The notes under the pieces are model-generated. The model saw only the letters and a program-made list of their open reading frames with translations, was not told the origin of the DNA and did not search any database. A DNA stretch of 64,000 nt from Macrostomum lignano (lineage: Eukaryota). Below are positions 12,338-22,828 of the stretch, piece by piece. How positions within the stretch are numbered: the stretch's first letter is position 1; every line of letters starts with the position of its first letter. Both the position numbers and the translations under genes were made by a program. The stretch spans positions 77,068 through 141,067 of the forward strand of contig NIVC01000832.1 in the NCBI GenBank assembly GCA_002269645.1. Reading direction: 5' to 3'.

Positions 12338-12674
12338 GGCAGCGCCCAGCGAAATGGCAGCCGTGGTTTGCGGTAAGCGGGCTGCGGCGTCCGCGGCTCT
12401 GTCCGCGGCTTCGTTAGCGGGTATGCCACAGTGGGCAGGGACCCAGGCGAGGTCTATGTCATTGAGATCGCAGGTGCCCAGGCTGATGAGGAACCACCAG
12501 CAGGAGAGGCCGCTCTCGGTGCGCTGTTTAAGGGGGCCCTCTTGCAGGGCCGTGAGCGACGATAGCGAGTCGCTACACAGCCGGATGCGGGCTGTGCGAG
12601 GGGCGATCTTCTCCGCGACAAAGGTGAGGGCGTCCTTGATAGCGCGCATCTCGGCGTCGAAGGAGCTGCATCTT

Positions 12675-13500
12675 GATATTTTTATGACTTATCTAAATAT
12701 GTACAGTGCAAAAGTGTTCTGAATTGGTGAGCCAACAAACAAACTTAAGGCATTAGAAAGAATAGAGAGTCATGCAGGCAGGAGGCCCCCTCCCGGCAAG
12801 GTCATGGATTTGAGATTTTTCAATCTGCGATGGCATTCCTAAGTTTGGTGGTCACAGGAACTTTGTGACCTGGTCTAAGCCAGTCTTTTATGTCCAAGTC
12901 AAAGCCGTGGACCCCCGTAAGCACGGCTTTTTTGTACCATTTCTTGCCCAGGTTCCAGATTCTCTCCTTGAACCTGGGAATTTTGGAGATGTCATGTAAG
13001 TAGCTAATTTTAGTATAAACAGGCGCATCTAGAGAAATTCTGAGTGCCTGGTTTTGGAGAACCTGAAGTTTTTGCAGGAGTGTGTCCGAAGCATTTACTA
13101 GAACTGGAGCTCTATACGTCATATCACTTTCTATGTAAGACCTGTAGATAAGTCTTAGCGCAAGCTGAAAGATTCTGGTATTGCGAGCAATTCTTCTTAA
13201 GGACCCAAGTTTGGAGAACGTTCTGCCAGCAACCTTGGAGATGTGCAGATCATATTTAAGTTATTTGTCAAGAGTAACACCTAGAAAAGTAACGGAGTTG
13301 AAATACTTGATCTCTTCATTGCCAAGCTTAAGCAGAGGTTTATCCGGACCTGAGATTCGTTCGTTTTGATACTTGAAGAATGAAATAACCTTACTTTTGG
13401 AAGGATTAATACTAATTCCAACATTATCAAGCCATTTTTCCAGGGTGACCAAGTAACCATTAAGACGCTTGGCGGCCATGCCCGTTTTCCTAAAAGATAA
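12675..13500 (-). mobile_element. 5'-truncated LINE related to family B (RT thumb and ORF2 C-terminus); called C
   Basis: GISINPSKSKVI...VTFLGVTLDK; APVLVNASDTLLQKLQVLQNQALRISLDAPVYTKISYLH closely parallels 22829-23200. Confidence 0.85.
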
Positions 13501-15405
13501 TAATTCCAAAATTTTAGAAAACTGAAATAAAATTAATTAATTAATTTTAGAAGAGATTCTCAAAAAATAGATAAATACCTAATTTTTACGACTTCAAAAC
13601 ATAGTTTTGAAAATTTTCAAAAAAATTTGCAAATACGCTTAAAAATTATTTAATTAAGAAAAAATTTGGGCAGGGGTTTCCCCAGGCCGAAGCCAAAAAA
13701 ACAGCGAAGAAATCAAATAAATAAATAATAGCCTAGCTAACTAACAGGACAGTGCGTCCTAGACCCGACCCTGAAGAAGGAAGCCCTAAAAGCTTAAGAC
13801 CCGAAAGTAAATAAAATTGAGAGCAAAAAGAAAGGGAGGGGGAGTCTCAGGGCAGATGAGACAAGGACAGCGAACTAACTAAAGATAATAGTCCCCAAGA
13901 CATTCTAAAGGCCGAGAAAAAGAGGAAGAAAAAAAGTTAATTGAAATAGAAAATGAAGATAGAATTCACAATTGACTTACTGGCAGTAGTTTTGAAGAGT
14001 TTTCGAGCAGATGTCAGACCGGCCGGGACGATGGCAGTGCGCGCAAGGCTTAGGGGGAGGGACGGAAAACGGATGCTTTTCATTTTCATTTTATATTTTC
14101 CGAGCGCCTCAGCCCTATTCCAGGGCTCTTACGCTAATGGTGTATTTGTATGATTCTCGATTAGCATGATACCTGAGTATGAAGTTCCGATTGTGAAATA
14201 AAACAAATTAATACAAATTTTCAGTATAAAATAATGACAAATATTCAATAAACAAATTAAAACTACGTCAAACAATTTTTTGTATAATAAATACTAGATA
14301 GGGAGTAAAGAGGTCAGTTAGAAAATGGGTAAAACAGGTGGGTATATGGAAAGTAAAAAATTATATACATATTTAATCACAAAGTAAATCTAAAAAAATC
14401 TAAATCTAAATCAAATCTAAAAAAATTCAGCAATATAGTGATATTGCAGGTGCAAATCTGTTTAGACAGAGTCAATTAGTTGATTAGAATAGCTATATCC
14501 AATTCTTACTACTATTAGTAACTTTACGAAAACAAAGGTTACTGAGTGGTCGTAGCCAAATTTTGTCAATATAAATACCGATCCAATCCCTACAGGAGTG
14601 CTAACTGGCAGTTGTTTTTGTTAAACGATTGGTGCTGAAGGCACCTCGGTCAGCCTGGGTAGGGCTCTGTCGATATATTTAAATTAAAAATATAAAGAAA
14701 AAAATTTTTTTTGCTCAGAATTGGTTATTCGAGAATTAAAAGACACGATTTAAATTAAATATTTACATTTAGGAATAAAATAAATAAGTGTTCGCAACTG
14801 ATAAAAAAGGGGGGAGCTCTGCGGAAAATGGGTCCTCACAAAGATATTTTGGACCGAAGAGGGGATCAGCGCGAAGTTTTTAGAGTCAGTATTTAAATAT
14901 TTATATTTGGTTTGAGTATAAAATAATAGCTGAGCAGCAGGAACTACTACTAGTAGCAGGCAGCAGCCCCTACGCAAAGTATATTGGTTTGGCCTGGTTG
15001 GCACTTGTGACTTAAAGTTTATGTATAAAAGCAATATTGATATTTGGGTTTGGATAAAAATAAGAGTAAAATATAAAACAAGGCAAAAGCCAGATGTAAA
15101 AGGAGCATTTGCAGTTTAAAATAATTGGATTGTAAAAAGGTAAAGAGAGGCGGAATCAGGAAGAGGTCTACAGCGGATCACAGAGTTTCCGGCAGTACTA
15201 ACGGGTAAGCACAGCTATTTATACTGTATAGTTACTGGGTCATAGGCCCACCCGCCTGATCCAGCACTCTCCGCTACCATCAACGCCTATTTTTATATTA
15301 GTCCTTTTATTTGTGCACTGACAGACGGCTAGGTCCAGAGTAATAGAGAGGGAAGCCACTGTCTTGGGGGCACTCTAAGCTTTTGGGGCAGCTAACCTAG
15401 TAGAC

Positions 15406-18260
15406 CTAGGGCGGGTTTTGGGCCGCCGCATTTGTAGCTGCTTGTCTATTAGCTTGCCTCCTCTTCAGGCTGTCCCATAGCAGGTTCAGCACTGGGGGGC
15501 GGTTGCGGGCAGCTCTAGAGAGTTCCGGCTCAATGTGGAAATCGTGGTGCCCAGCAGCCTTCACCTTGGAGAGCCAGCCTACGCCCAGGGCACGAATCCT
15601 GTCTGCCATCATAGGCATGGCTGCCAGCTCATGCAGGTAGGCTACCTGGGTGTAACTAGGGGCACCATAGCAGATCCTAAGAGCTAAGTTTTGGATTTTC
15701 TGGAGCTTATTGAGATTGCTGGGTGCAATGATGTTCAGCACCGGGGCACCGTAAGTCAGCGCACTCTCAACATATGCCCTATATAGCATTTTAAGGGTAT
15801 TACTACTTAGCCGGGTCAGCTTGGCAATGCGGTTAATGGACAGGGCAAGCGCCCGGCCGTGGCTGACTACTCTTTCAACATGCGAGTTAAGGGTCAGCCG
15901 GTAGTCCAGGTTCATGCCAAGGAACCGGACCTCTTCTTGGTATTCAAGACTCGTGCCTCCAAGTTTCAGCTTAGGGCGAAGGTCGAGCCGCTAAGTTGGC
16001 TTATAATTGAATGCAATAACCTGACTCTTGCTGGCGTTGATCTTAATCCCCTGCCCCCCACACCACTTCCACACGCGGTCAAGGTAGAGTTGCAGGAGTG
16101 TCTTGAGGCCAGCAAAGGAGTCCGCCGAGGCCCAAATGGCCATGTCATCGGCAAATTGGCTTCGCTTGAGGTTTGGTTGTCTTGGCCGAGGCAGGGTGCT
16201 GATAAAGAGCAGGTACAGGAAGGGGCTCAGAATACCACCTTGGGGGACGCCTGCCTGTAGCTCGTACGGCTGGCTGAGCTCCCCATTTACCTTCACCTGC
16301 ATTAGCCTGTCTGCTAGGTAGTCAGAGCAGATCCTGACGAGGGCGTCCGGCGTGTTGACTTCGTACATTCTGAACCTCAGGTAGTCATACCACACCGAAT
16401 CGAACGCCGCTTGTACGTCAAGGAGGATGGGCAGAATCATTTTTAGTTTAGCTTTGCCCACCTGGACGTCTTGGACGAGGCGGACAAGATTATCATAAGT
16501 TGAGTGGACCTTCCGGTACGCACATTGATCCGCGCCGAGGATACCCTGGCCCTCAAGATGCTTCATCAGCCTCCTCACCAATAACTTCTCGAACACCTTG
16601 CCGAGACAGGAGGTCAGGCTAATGGGCCGATAGGATCCCGGGGATTCAGGAGGTTTGTCAGGTTTAGGAATCATCGTCATCACCGCTTTTTTTCCACTGC
16701 GATGGGAAGATGCCCGTACGATAGCAATCATTGAAGAGTTTAGTGATGCGGGTGACTGCTATAGGCTCTAGGCCATATTTAAGGACGCAGATCGGAACTT
16801 TGTCTAGGCCCGGAGCACTGTCAACTTTTAGGTGGTCCAGCTCCCAGAGGGTGTCTGTAACAGAAAACGGAGCCTCCAGGGGGTGGCCCATGTATGGATC
16901 TGCGCCCGAGGGGACTGGTCTAAAGATGGGGAGCTTCATAGCCTGCTCAACCCTCTTCTTCAGATCCTCGTCAGTCGATGGAATCGGGCGCATTTTGACA
17001 TCTAGTGCTCTCGCTAGCATATCAGCTTTGTCTGAGTCAGTATGTGCGAGGGTGGCGCCATCGTTTAAGGACGGAATAGTGGTGCCCTTTTTGCGCCCCA
17101 TCAATTTTTTTGTGTCCTGCCAGAAGTCCTTGACATTCTGGCATTGACTTTTTTCAACTATTTTCTTGCACATTTGGGTAAACTGGCCTTGCTCAAACGA
17201 ATGAATAGCGCTTTTTATTTCTTTCGCCTTTCTATTCGCGAGCAGGCTAAAATTGTCATCCCTGGTACTGTGGTACTGACGCCGGAGCTTCCTCCTCTCC
17301 TTGATCATGGCAATGATCCTCTGGGGGAGGGCTCTACGGCCGTTTCTGACCGGGACATTGTCCTCGATGGTTTTCTGGATCGCGTTCGTGATGACGTCGA
17401 CCTCCGCATCAATTTGCTGGTCTGGAGGCCACGCATGTACCAGTTTTTCCATCAAGGAGTTTTGGAACTCTTCCCAGTTTGCTTTGGCAAAGTTCCTAGC
17501 CTTCTCCGGCCCTTGCCAATCTGGGGAGTTACTCGCCAGGGTGAGTATGATTGGGAGATGGTCACTGTCCAGGTCAGAGCCCACTTTAAAGTCTTGAACA
17601 AATGGGACGAGGTCACCGGAGGCTAACCCAAGGTCGAGCACATTCCGGGACACAACGCCTTGCCGGTGGGCTATTCTTGTGAACTGGCCTGGTTGGTTGA
17701 GAACGGTGGGGCAGTGGGACGGATCGCCGCAGAGTAAATCATGGAGCTGCTGCCCTGCTCTGTTGTTGCGACTTTCAGCACCCAAGAAGCTGTGTCTAGC
17801 ATTGAGGTCTCCCATGATGAGCGAGTATTTTGCCGAGGACAGCCTCGTCAAAAGTCCGGTGTCGAGGTTGTCCGGCGACGGGACCGGTAAACCAGGGATA
17901 GTTGGAAAGGTGGACATGCGCCGTCAACAGGAGTGACCGTGCAGGTAAGGACCTCATGGTTGACGTTGTCGTACGAGAGCTGGACGTCTGCTACCTTAAC
18001 CCGTGGGGTGTGAACAAGGAGGAGTCCGCGCTTCGTATTCGGAAGGTCAAACCGCACTGCAGCATAGCCCGGGAAAGTGCATACTTAAGTATTTTTCAGG
18101 ATGGTCTCAGAAAAACAGCGCAACATCCAATTTCTGGTCTGAGACCCAGAGCCTTAGTTCTTTTAGTTTCGGTATTACCCCCCTGCAGTTTAGGTGGCCG
18201 ATCTTAAGCCCTGAGGCAGTGGGGTTCGAGCTATCGTGCCCGTTATTACCGAACATATTT
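15406..18260 (-). pseudogene. LINE-A ORF2: AP-endonuclease plus reverse transcriptase, broken by frameshifts and an in-frame TAA
   Basis: LKIGHLNCRG, SET, GDLNARH, VLDLGL, SDHLP (APE). PGLDKVP, YRPISLTSCLGKVFEKL, LDVQAAFDSVW, GVPQGGILSPFLYLLF, QFADD (RT). LYRAYVESALTYGAPV. Confidence 0.92.
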
Positions 18261-18273
18261 ATCCTATATTATT

Positions 18274-21204
18274 CTAGGTCTGGCCACCCACCTGTCGCCG
18301 GGAGGCGCCAAGCAGCTGACCAAGGCCTTGGTGACTGTTCGATTCGCCTTCGAGGACCCGGGCCAGAACCCTGCCTACTACGTCTTGCACCGTTTGACGG
18401 GAGCTTTCGGTAGTAGGCGGCCGTTCAGCCGGGCTCTGCCAGAGAGTCGACAGCACCTCAACAAGTGCCTGGACCAGGAGGGGAAGGAACCCACTCACTA
18501 GTCCCTGAAGCTGGGAGACTTCTCTGGCAATTGGCGGCGTGTCATTGTTAGTAGATTCATCCGGCACAGTTGTCTGCGTCTCCGAGTCGGTCGATTCGCG
18601 CACAGGGCGCTTCCGGCTTGGGAGGCCAGGGCCTGTAAGCCAAAACGAGTCGTTGCCCCCTGTCGCCGTTGTCGCCCGTGCTGCGGCGTCGACCTAACTC
18701 GGTGCTGCTGCCGGTGCTGGTGCCGGTGCGGAGGCGGGGGCAAGTAGCGCCGCTGCTGCCGCTTCCGCTGCTGATTCTGCTACTGCCGCTGCTGCCGCAA
18801 TAGGTGATGGAGCGGCCAACCTGTCTGTTGCTGCCGCGGCTTCTTGGGCGCCCGCTGCGTAGGCAGCCGCACGCCTTTGGGCCGCGTTGTGGCAATCGAC
18901 CGCCACCTGGCAGTGGCGGTAGTTAGCTCTGTGCTGCTCGTTGCAGTTAGCACATTTCACCGCATTCTGGTTATCGCAGTCTCGCCAGTGGTGCTCGGCC
19001 GCGCAGATCCGACAACGCTTGGCCGCCTTGCACCTCTGGGCGTGGTGACCGAAGCGCTGGCAGTTTTGGCACTGCGGTGCTCGTGCCGGAGCTGCGGTCT
19101 TGTTTGGCTCGCACTGGTAGGTTGTGAAATCCGTAACGATTCCTGTGGCTAGACAGGCATCTACGGTCTGCTTATTTCGGACAAAGACCCTGATTAGGTT
19201 AGTAGGCTTGTTGTCTCGCCTAGCAGTGATGCGGCTAGCTGATATAATATTAAGACCCGCGCTCTCTTGCAGGTGCCGCTTGAAGTCGCTGGCCTCGACC
19301 TCCTGAGGCACGCCGCGCACCACGAACGAGTAGACCGCTCGGGTCATCGGTCGCTGTGGCGCAGCAGGCCTAGCTCTTGGGTCCGGTCGAGCCTTTGGTA
19401 GACGCCTCGTTACCGGCCCTCCAGCAAACTGGGTCTCGCGCTGAGGCCCACGCAGGAACAACTGGTGGTCTCGCGGAGTAGCCGGAAACACGAGGAAGCC
19501 GACTTCATGGGTCAACTTCTTGGTGAGTGTAGCCCGGGCCGACCCTTGGAAGTTGGCCGCGAGCCACTTTAGAAACTCTATTTGACTAGCTTCTGCCGCA
19601 GTGTTAAACACTACTGGTACCACATTACTTCCCCGGTTATTGTTCGAGGGCCGTGATACATCCTGGTTGTTATTCGCCGCCATTTCAGCGTAGGAACGGC
19701 GATAGCCGCCCCGCCCCGCACCGCCGACGTTGCCGCCGCCGTTGCCCTGGGCTCGTGGGCCGCCAGGGACTGCAGAGCCGGGCGCGCCGGCCGCTCCGCG
19801 GTCTCCTGGCTGCCCGCTGGTCATAGCTGTCCGGGAGCCCGGCGCGGCCAGGCTGGCGCCCGCCCGGCCACTGCCAGGCCCTTGCACGATAGGTGCTGCT
19901 GCCGCGGTCGAGCCTCCGTGTCCCAGTGTGCCGACGCCAGGTGGATATGTCACCCTAAAGGTGAGAGAAATGCGTACACCCTCCTGGACGCCGACTCCTG
20001 GGACACTGTGCTTACATGCGCCGGACATTACTATCACTGAGCCGGGCTTTGTCTCGAATTGCGCTACTATTCGCTGGTCCTCATTGTTCTTAATTAGGAA
20101 TTGGCGTACTGCACCAAAGGAGACCGTAGCGATGAAAGGGTCCCTGCCGAGTTCGGATTCGTTATCGGCGTGGAAAGGTATGCAGTCATCAGCCGTTTCG
20201 TAAAAGTTTATGAGGCAGCTGTTAAATTTTGGTGCACCAATATCCGCGTTGAGCTCGAGGTAGTCTCTCATGTCTTCAACTAGCGGGTGCCATTTTTGGT
20301 TAGCGCCGAGCGGAACTCCAGAGTAAGAGTACTCCGGCCCGAACCAAACCACTCGCCGCTGTTCCTGAGGCCGGTGACGTATAGCGATAGGCAGGAGGTC
20401 TTGGATCAGCCGGTCATAGACATCGGCGGCTACGCTACGGAGCATATTCGGGTAATACTCCAGTCATACGTCTTGGCTAGGCAGCTTGACTTGAAGTGCC
20501 GATTTGTCCGCGCCTCTTGGAAAGCTAATTGGATTTTCATACGGTATGCTTGTATCCTCAGCGTCAAGATCAACACAGCCGGCATTCGCGGAGTCTGCCT
20601 CAGACGCAGAATCAGATGCTGCTGCGGCTGCGTTGGGGTCCTCGGAGCCGGTTTGGCCAGCACCTTCCAACACAGTCGCAGAGCCGCTGTCCGACGAAAT
20701 TGAAACGACACTGCCCGGTGACTTGTGCTGCTGTTTTGCCGTGATAGCAAGTACTGGCGACTTCGGAATGGTAGACACATTGTCACCCGTACAATTTGGT
20801 TTCGCTTTAGGTTTTTCGGCATTGTTTGGCAAGGTCTCAGGCGTTGCCTTAATTGCCTGTTCTCTGGGCGTCGGTGGCGTATCCGATGGCGGAGCGATGG
20901 TACAATCCATTTCAGCTGGGCAGCCAAGGGCTGCGAGGCTATAAGGGGCATCCGGCGGGATGCAATCAGCACTCGTCTTGGAGGCCCTATTACTTTTGGG
21001 CTCCTTGAAAGCTGCACCAGCTGCGCCTGAGATCGTAGCTGCGCTAGTAGGACCGGCAGGTGGCCGTTCGGATTTTCTGCCTAGACCAAGCAGGCTACGG
21101 CCGTACAACTCCATTTTGTCTATGGAGGATCTATTGTCGGCACGCTTCGCCGCAGGTAGGCCAGATGGTTTAGCAATCTTTGAGGGTGATACCTGCTTGC
21201 TCAT
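18274..21204 (-). CDS. LINE-A ORF1 in a single frame with two in-frame stops: low-complexity N-terminus, AlkB 2OG-Fe(II) dioxygenase (~19951-20463), RRM-like region, three CCHC knuckles (18910-19071), helical C-terminus
   Basis: ORFs 20464-21204, 18694-20445 and 18274-18603 share one frame. NSCLINFY...FHADNESELG...VSFGAVRQF...KHSVP...RISLTFR. CQNCQRFGHHAQRC, CRICAAEHHWRDC, CANCNEQHRANYRHC. Confidence 0.9.
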
Positions 21205-22828
21205 TGCTGCTATTATTATAATTGCTAGCTATAAAATAAATTCTATAAGTTCTTTGCACAAAGATTCGAACTAGGATGCAGAATCGTGAGCAAGCAGGGT
21301 CCTGTAACCTTATCACAATTGGATATTCTTTGCTTTGTAGATATTTTGCGCGCGCGCAGACGGTCTCCAAGAAGAAAGAAGAGGATTGCCTGATATCTAG
21401 TTTAGCAAATTTAATAGTATGTAGATTAATTACTGTATGTAGTATTTTATTGTATTAGCGGCAGTACCGCTCAATGGCAAAGATAAAGGCTTCGGCCTAT
21501 CTGGTTAGGGCTTTCGAGTTCGCTCCGAACTGCAGTGGAGACGAAATAAATCTGGTGCGGAAAATTAGCAGCTTAGTTCTCAAGGAAGGCTGAGAATAAG
21601 GGAGGTGGGGGTGGAGAAAATTTAAAATCTTTTTGAAATCGGCGGTTTGAATTGTTGGTCGACACCAGTGAGGTGGGGCGGATTCTACGTTTGAATTGAA
21701 TTGTTGTTGTCTCGGCACTCGCAAAGCCGGAAAATTTCACGAATGATGCGCGGATTCTTCTCCTTGGATACTCCGTCTTCCGGGGTCCTCAATTCCCGGG
21801 GGAGGGTATTCGTAATCGTAGTCAAGCGGTCTTGTAGCGGCCCGGTCGTTCCGAATGGGTCCTCAGAAACCGTAAAATTCGTAAACTGTCGAAATGCTCG
21901 TTTTGTTACTGTCAGTAGTAAAGTATCGCTCCCACCACCGTGATTTCGTATTACGGAACGATGAGGGTCTCAAAGCTTTCTTTGAGTTGAGACTGATTGG
22001 TTATTTTACGCCCCGCGGGCAAATGACTCAATAGAGACTGAGGCTTCGATTAAAAACAACTGAATAAGCAATTATTATTATTGGAAACTTATTATTATTG
22101 TTATTATTAAAGTAATAGATAAATTGTTATTACTACTGTCGTTAAATATTAAAAGAAAAACCTCGAGAGATGGATTTGGCCGTGCCGAGGGCGAGCTAAT
22201 AAATTACTAGCGTTTAGTCGAAAAGGCTGTTCTAGTTAAACGCAAATTAAATATTAACAGCAGACTCGTCAAGTCACAAGAGAGAACAAAAGTAAAGTAA
22301 AAAGCAAAGCGAGCAAAGCGCATGAGCAAAAGATTCCAACAACAACGTTATAAATATTAACTTGGCATGGATAACCCAGGGGGTGGGACAAAGGATGGGA
22401 CAAGGGAAGGGACAACGAAGGAAAAGGGAAAAACCCGGCCACTGGAAGCACTAAAACAACAGAGGCCACGGGAGGGAACAGACGAAGGAGCAGACGAAGG
22501 AGCAAGGGCGGGGACAATCGGGGAAACAAACATGCGAACAAACATTGAAAGCATGACGTCAACCGTCATCCGATTGAGTCTAGCTGGTCGTCCCGCCGTT
22601 GTCCGTGCTGGAGGCCTGCCGTCGTTCACCCCAGTGGTAGACCGGCCTACCACATAAGCTCGGGCAGCCGTTCCGTCATACGGCAAGATTTTTTGTAAAA
22701 GGTTCGAAACTTTTTGAAACTGTACAAACACACACAGCAGTTTTGGTATAAAAATACTTCGGCATCATTTTTTAGAACCGTGAGAGGATCTTACCCAGGG
22801 ACGGCTCGAGGTGAGTTATTCGTTTCAA

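Larger units (their letters stand above)
10365..12672 (-). mobile_element. Ingi/I-clade LINE 3' fragment (RNase H at 12338-12672, C-terminal CCHC region at 10365-10740) split by an insert
   Basis: CSSFDAEMRAI...SDSLSSLTALQEGP...WVPAHCGIPANEAADRAA (RNase H D/E/D/D). QL*TG...SPLCQDCGAPDSSLHAIYNCP. GAA/A-rich tail at ~10362-10378. The frame ISLGAA|KAAIRR rejoins across the insert. Confidence 0.85.
15290..21500 (-). mobile_element. Near full-length Jockey/I-superfamily LINE, family A: AlkB-containing ORF1 plus APE-RT ORF2, no RNase H; 5' boundary uncertain
   Basis: ORF1 21204-18274 and ORF2 ~18260-15406 in the canonical order; minus-strand AATAAA at ~15306-15311 just after ORF2. Confidence 0.9.

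Noticed and set aside
11421-12417. Several 120-265-aa ORFs
   Set aside because: Produced by the 30-bp tandem repeat; no recognisable domain.
19951-20463. AlkB domain as an independent host ALKBH gene next to a LINE
   Set aside because: Intronless, in frame with the gag-like RRM and knuckles, and at the same ORF1 position in a second LINE family.
9746-20466. Non-standard genetic code explaining the in-frame stops
   Set aside because: All three stop types occur, and the host genes end on standard stops (tetraspanin TAG, KCNH TGA).
22367-22657. 96-aa ORF between LINE-A and LINE-B
   Set aside because: Purine-rich low-complexity sequence, probably UTR; no domain support.
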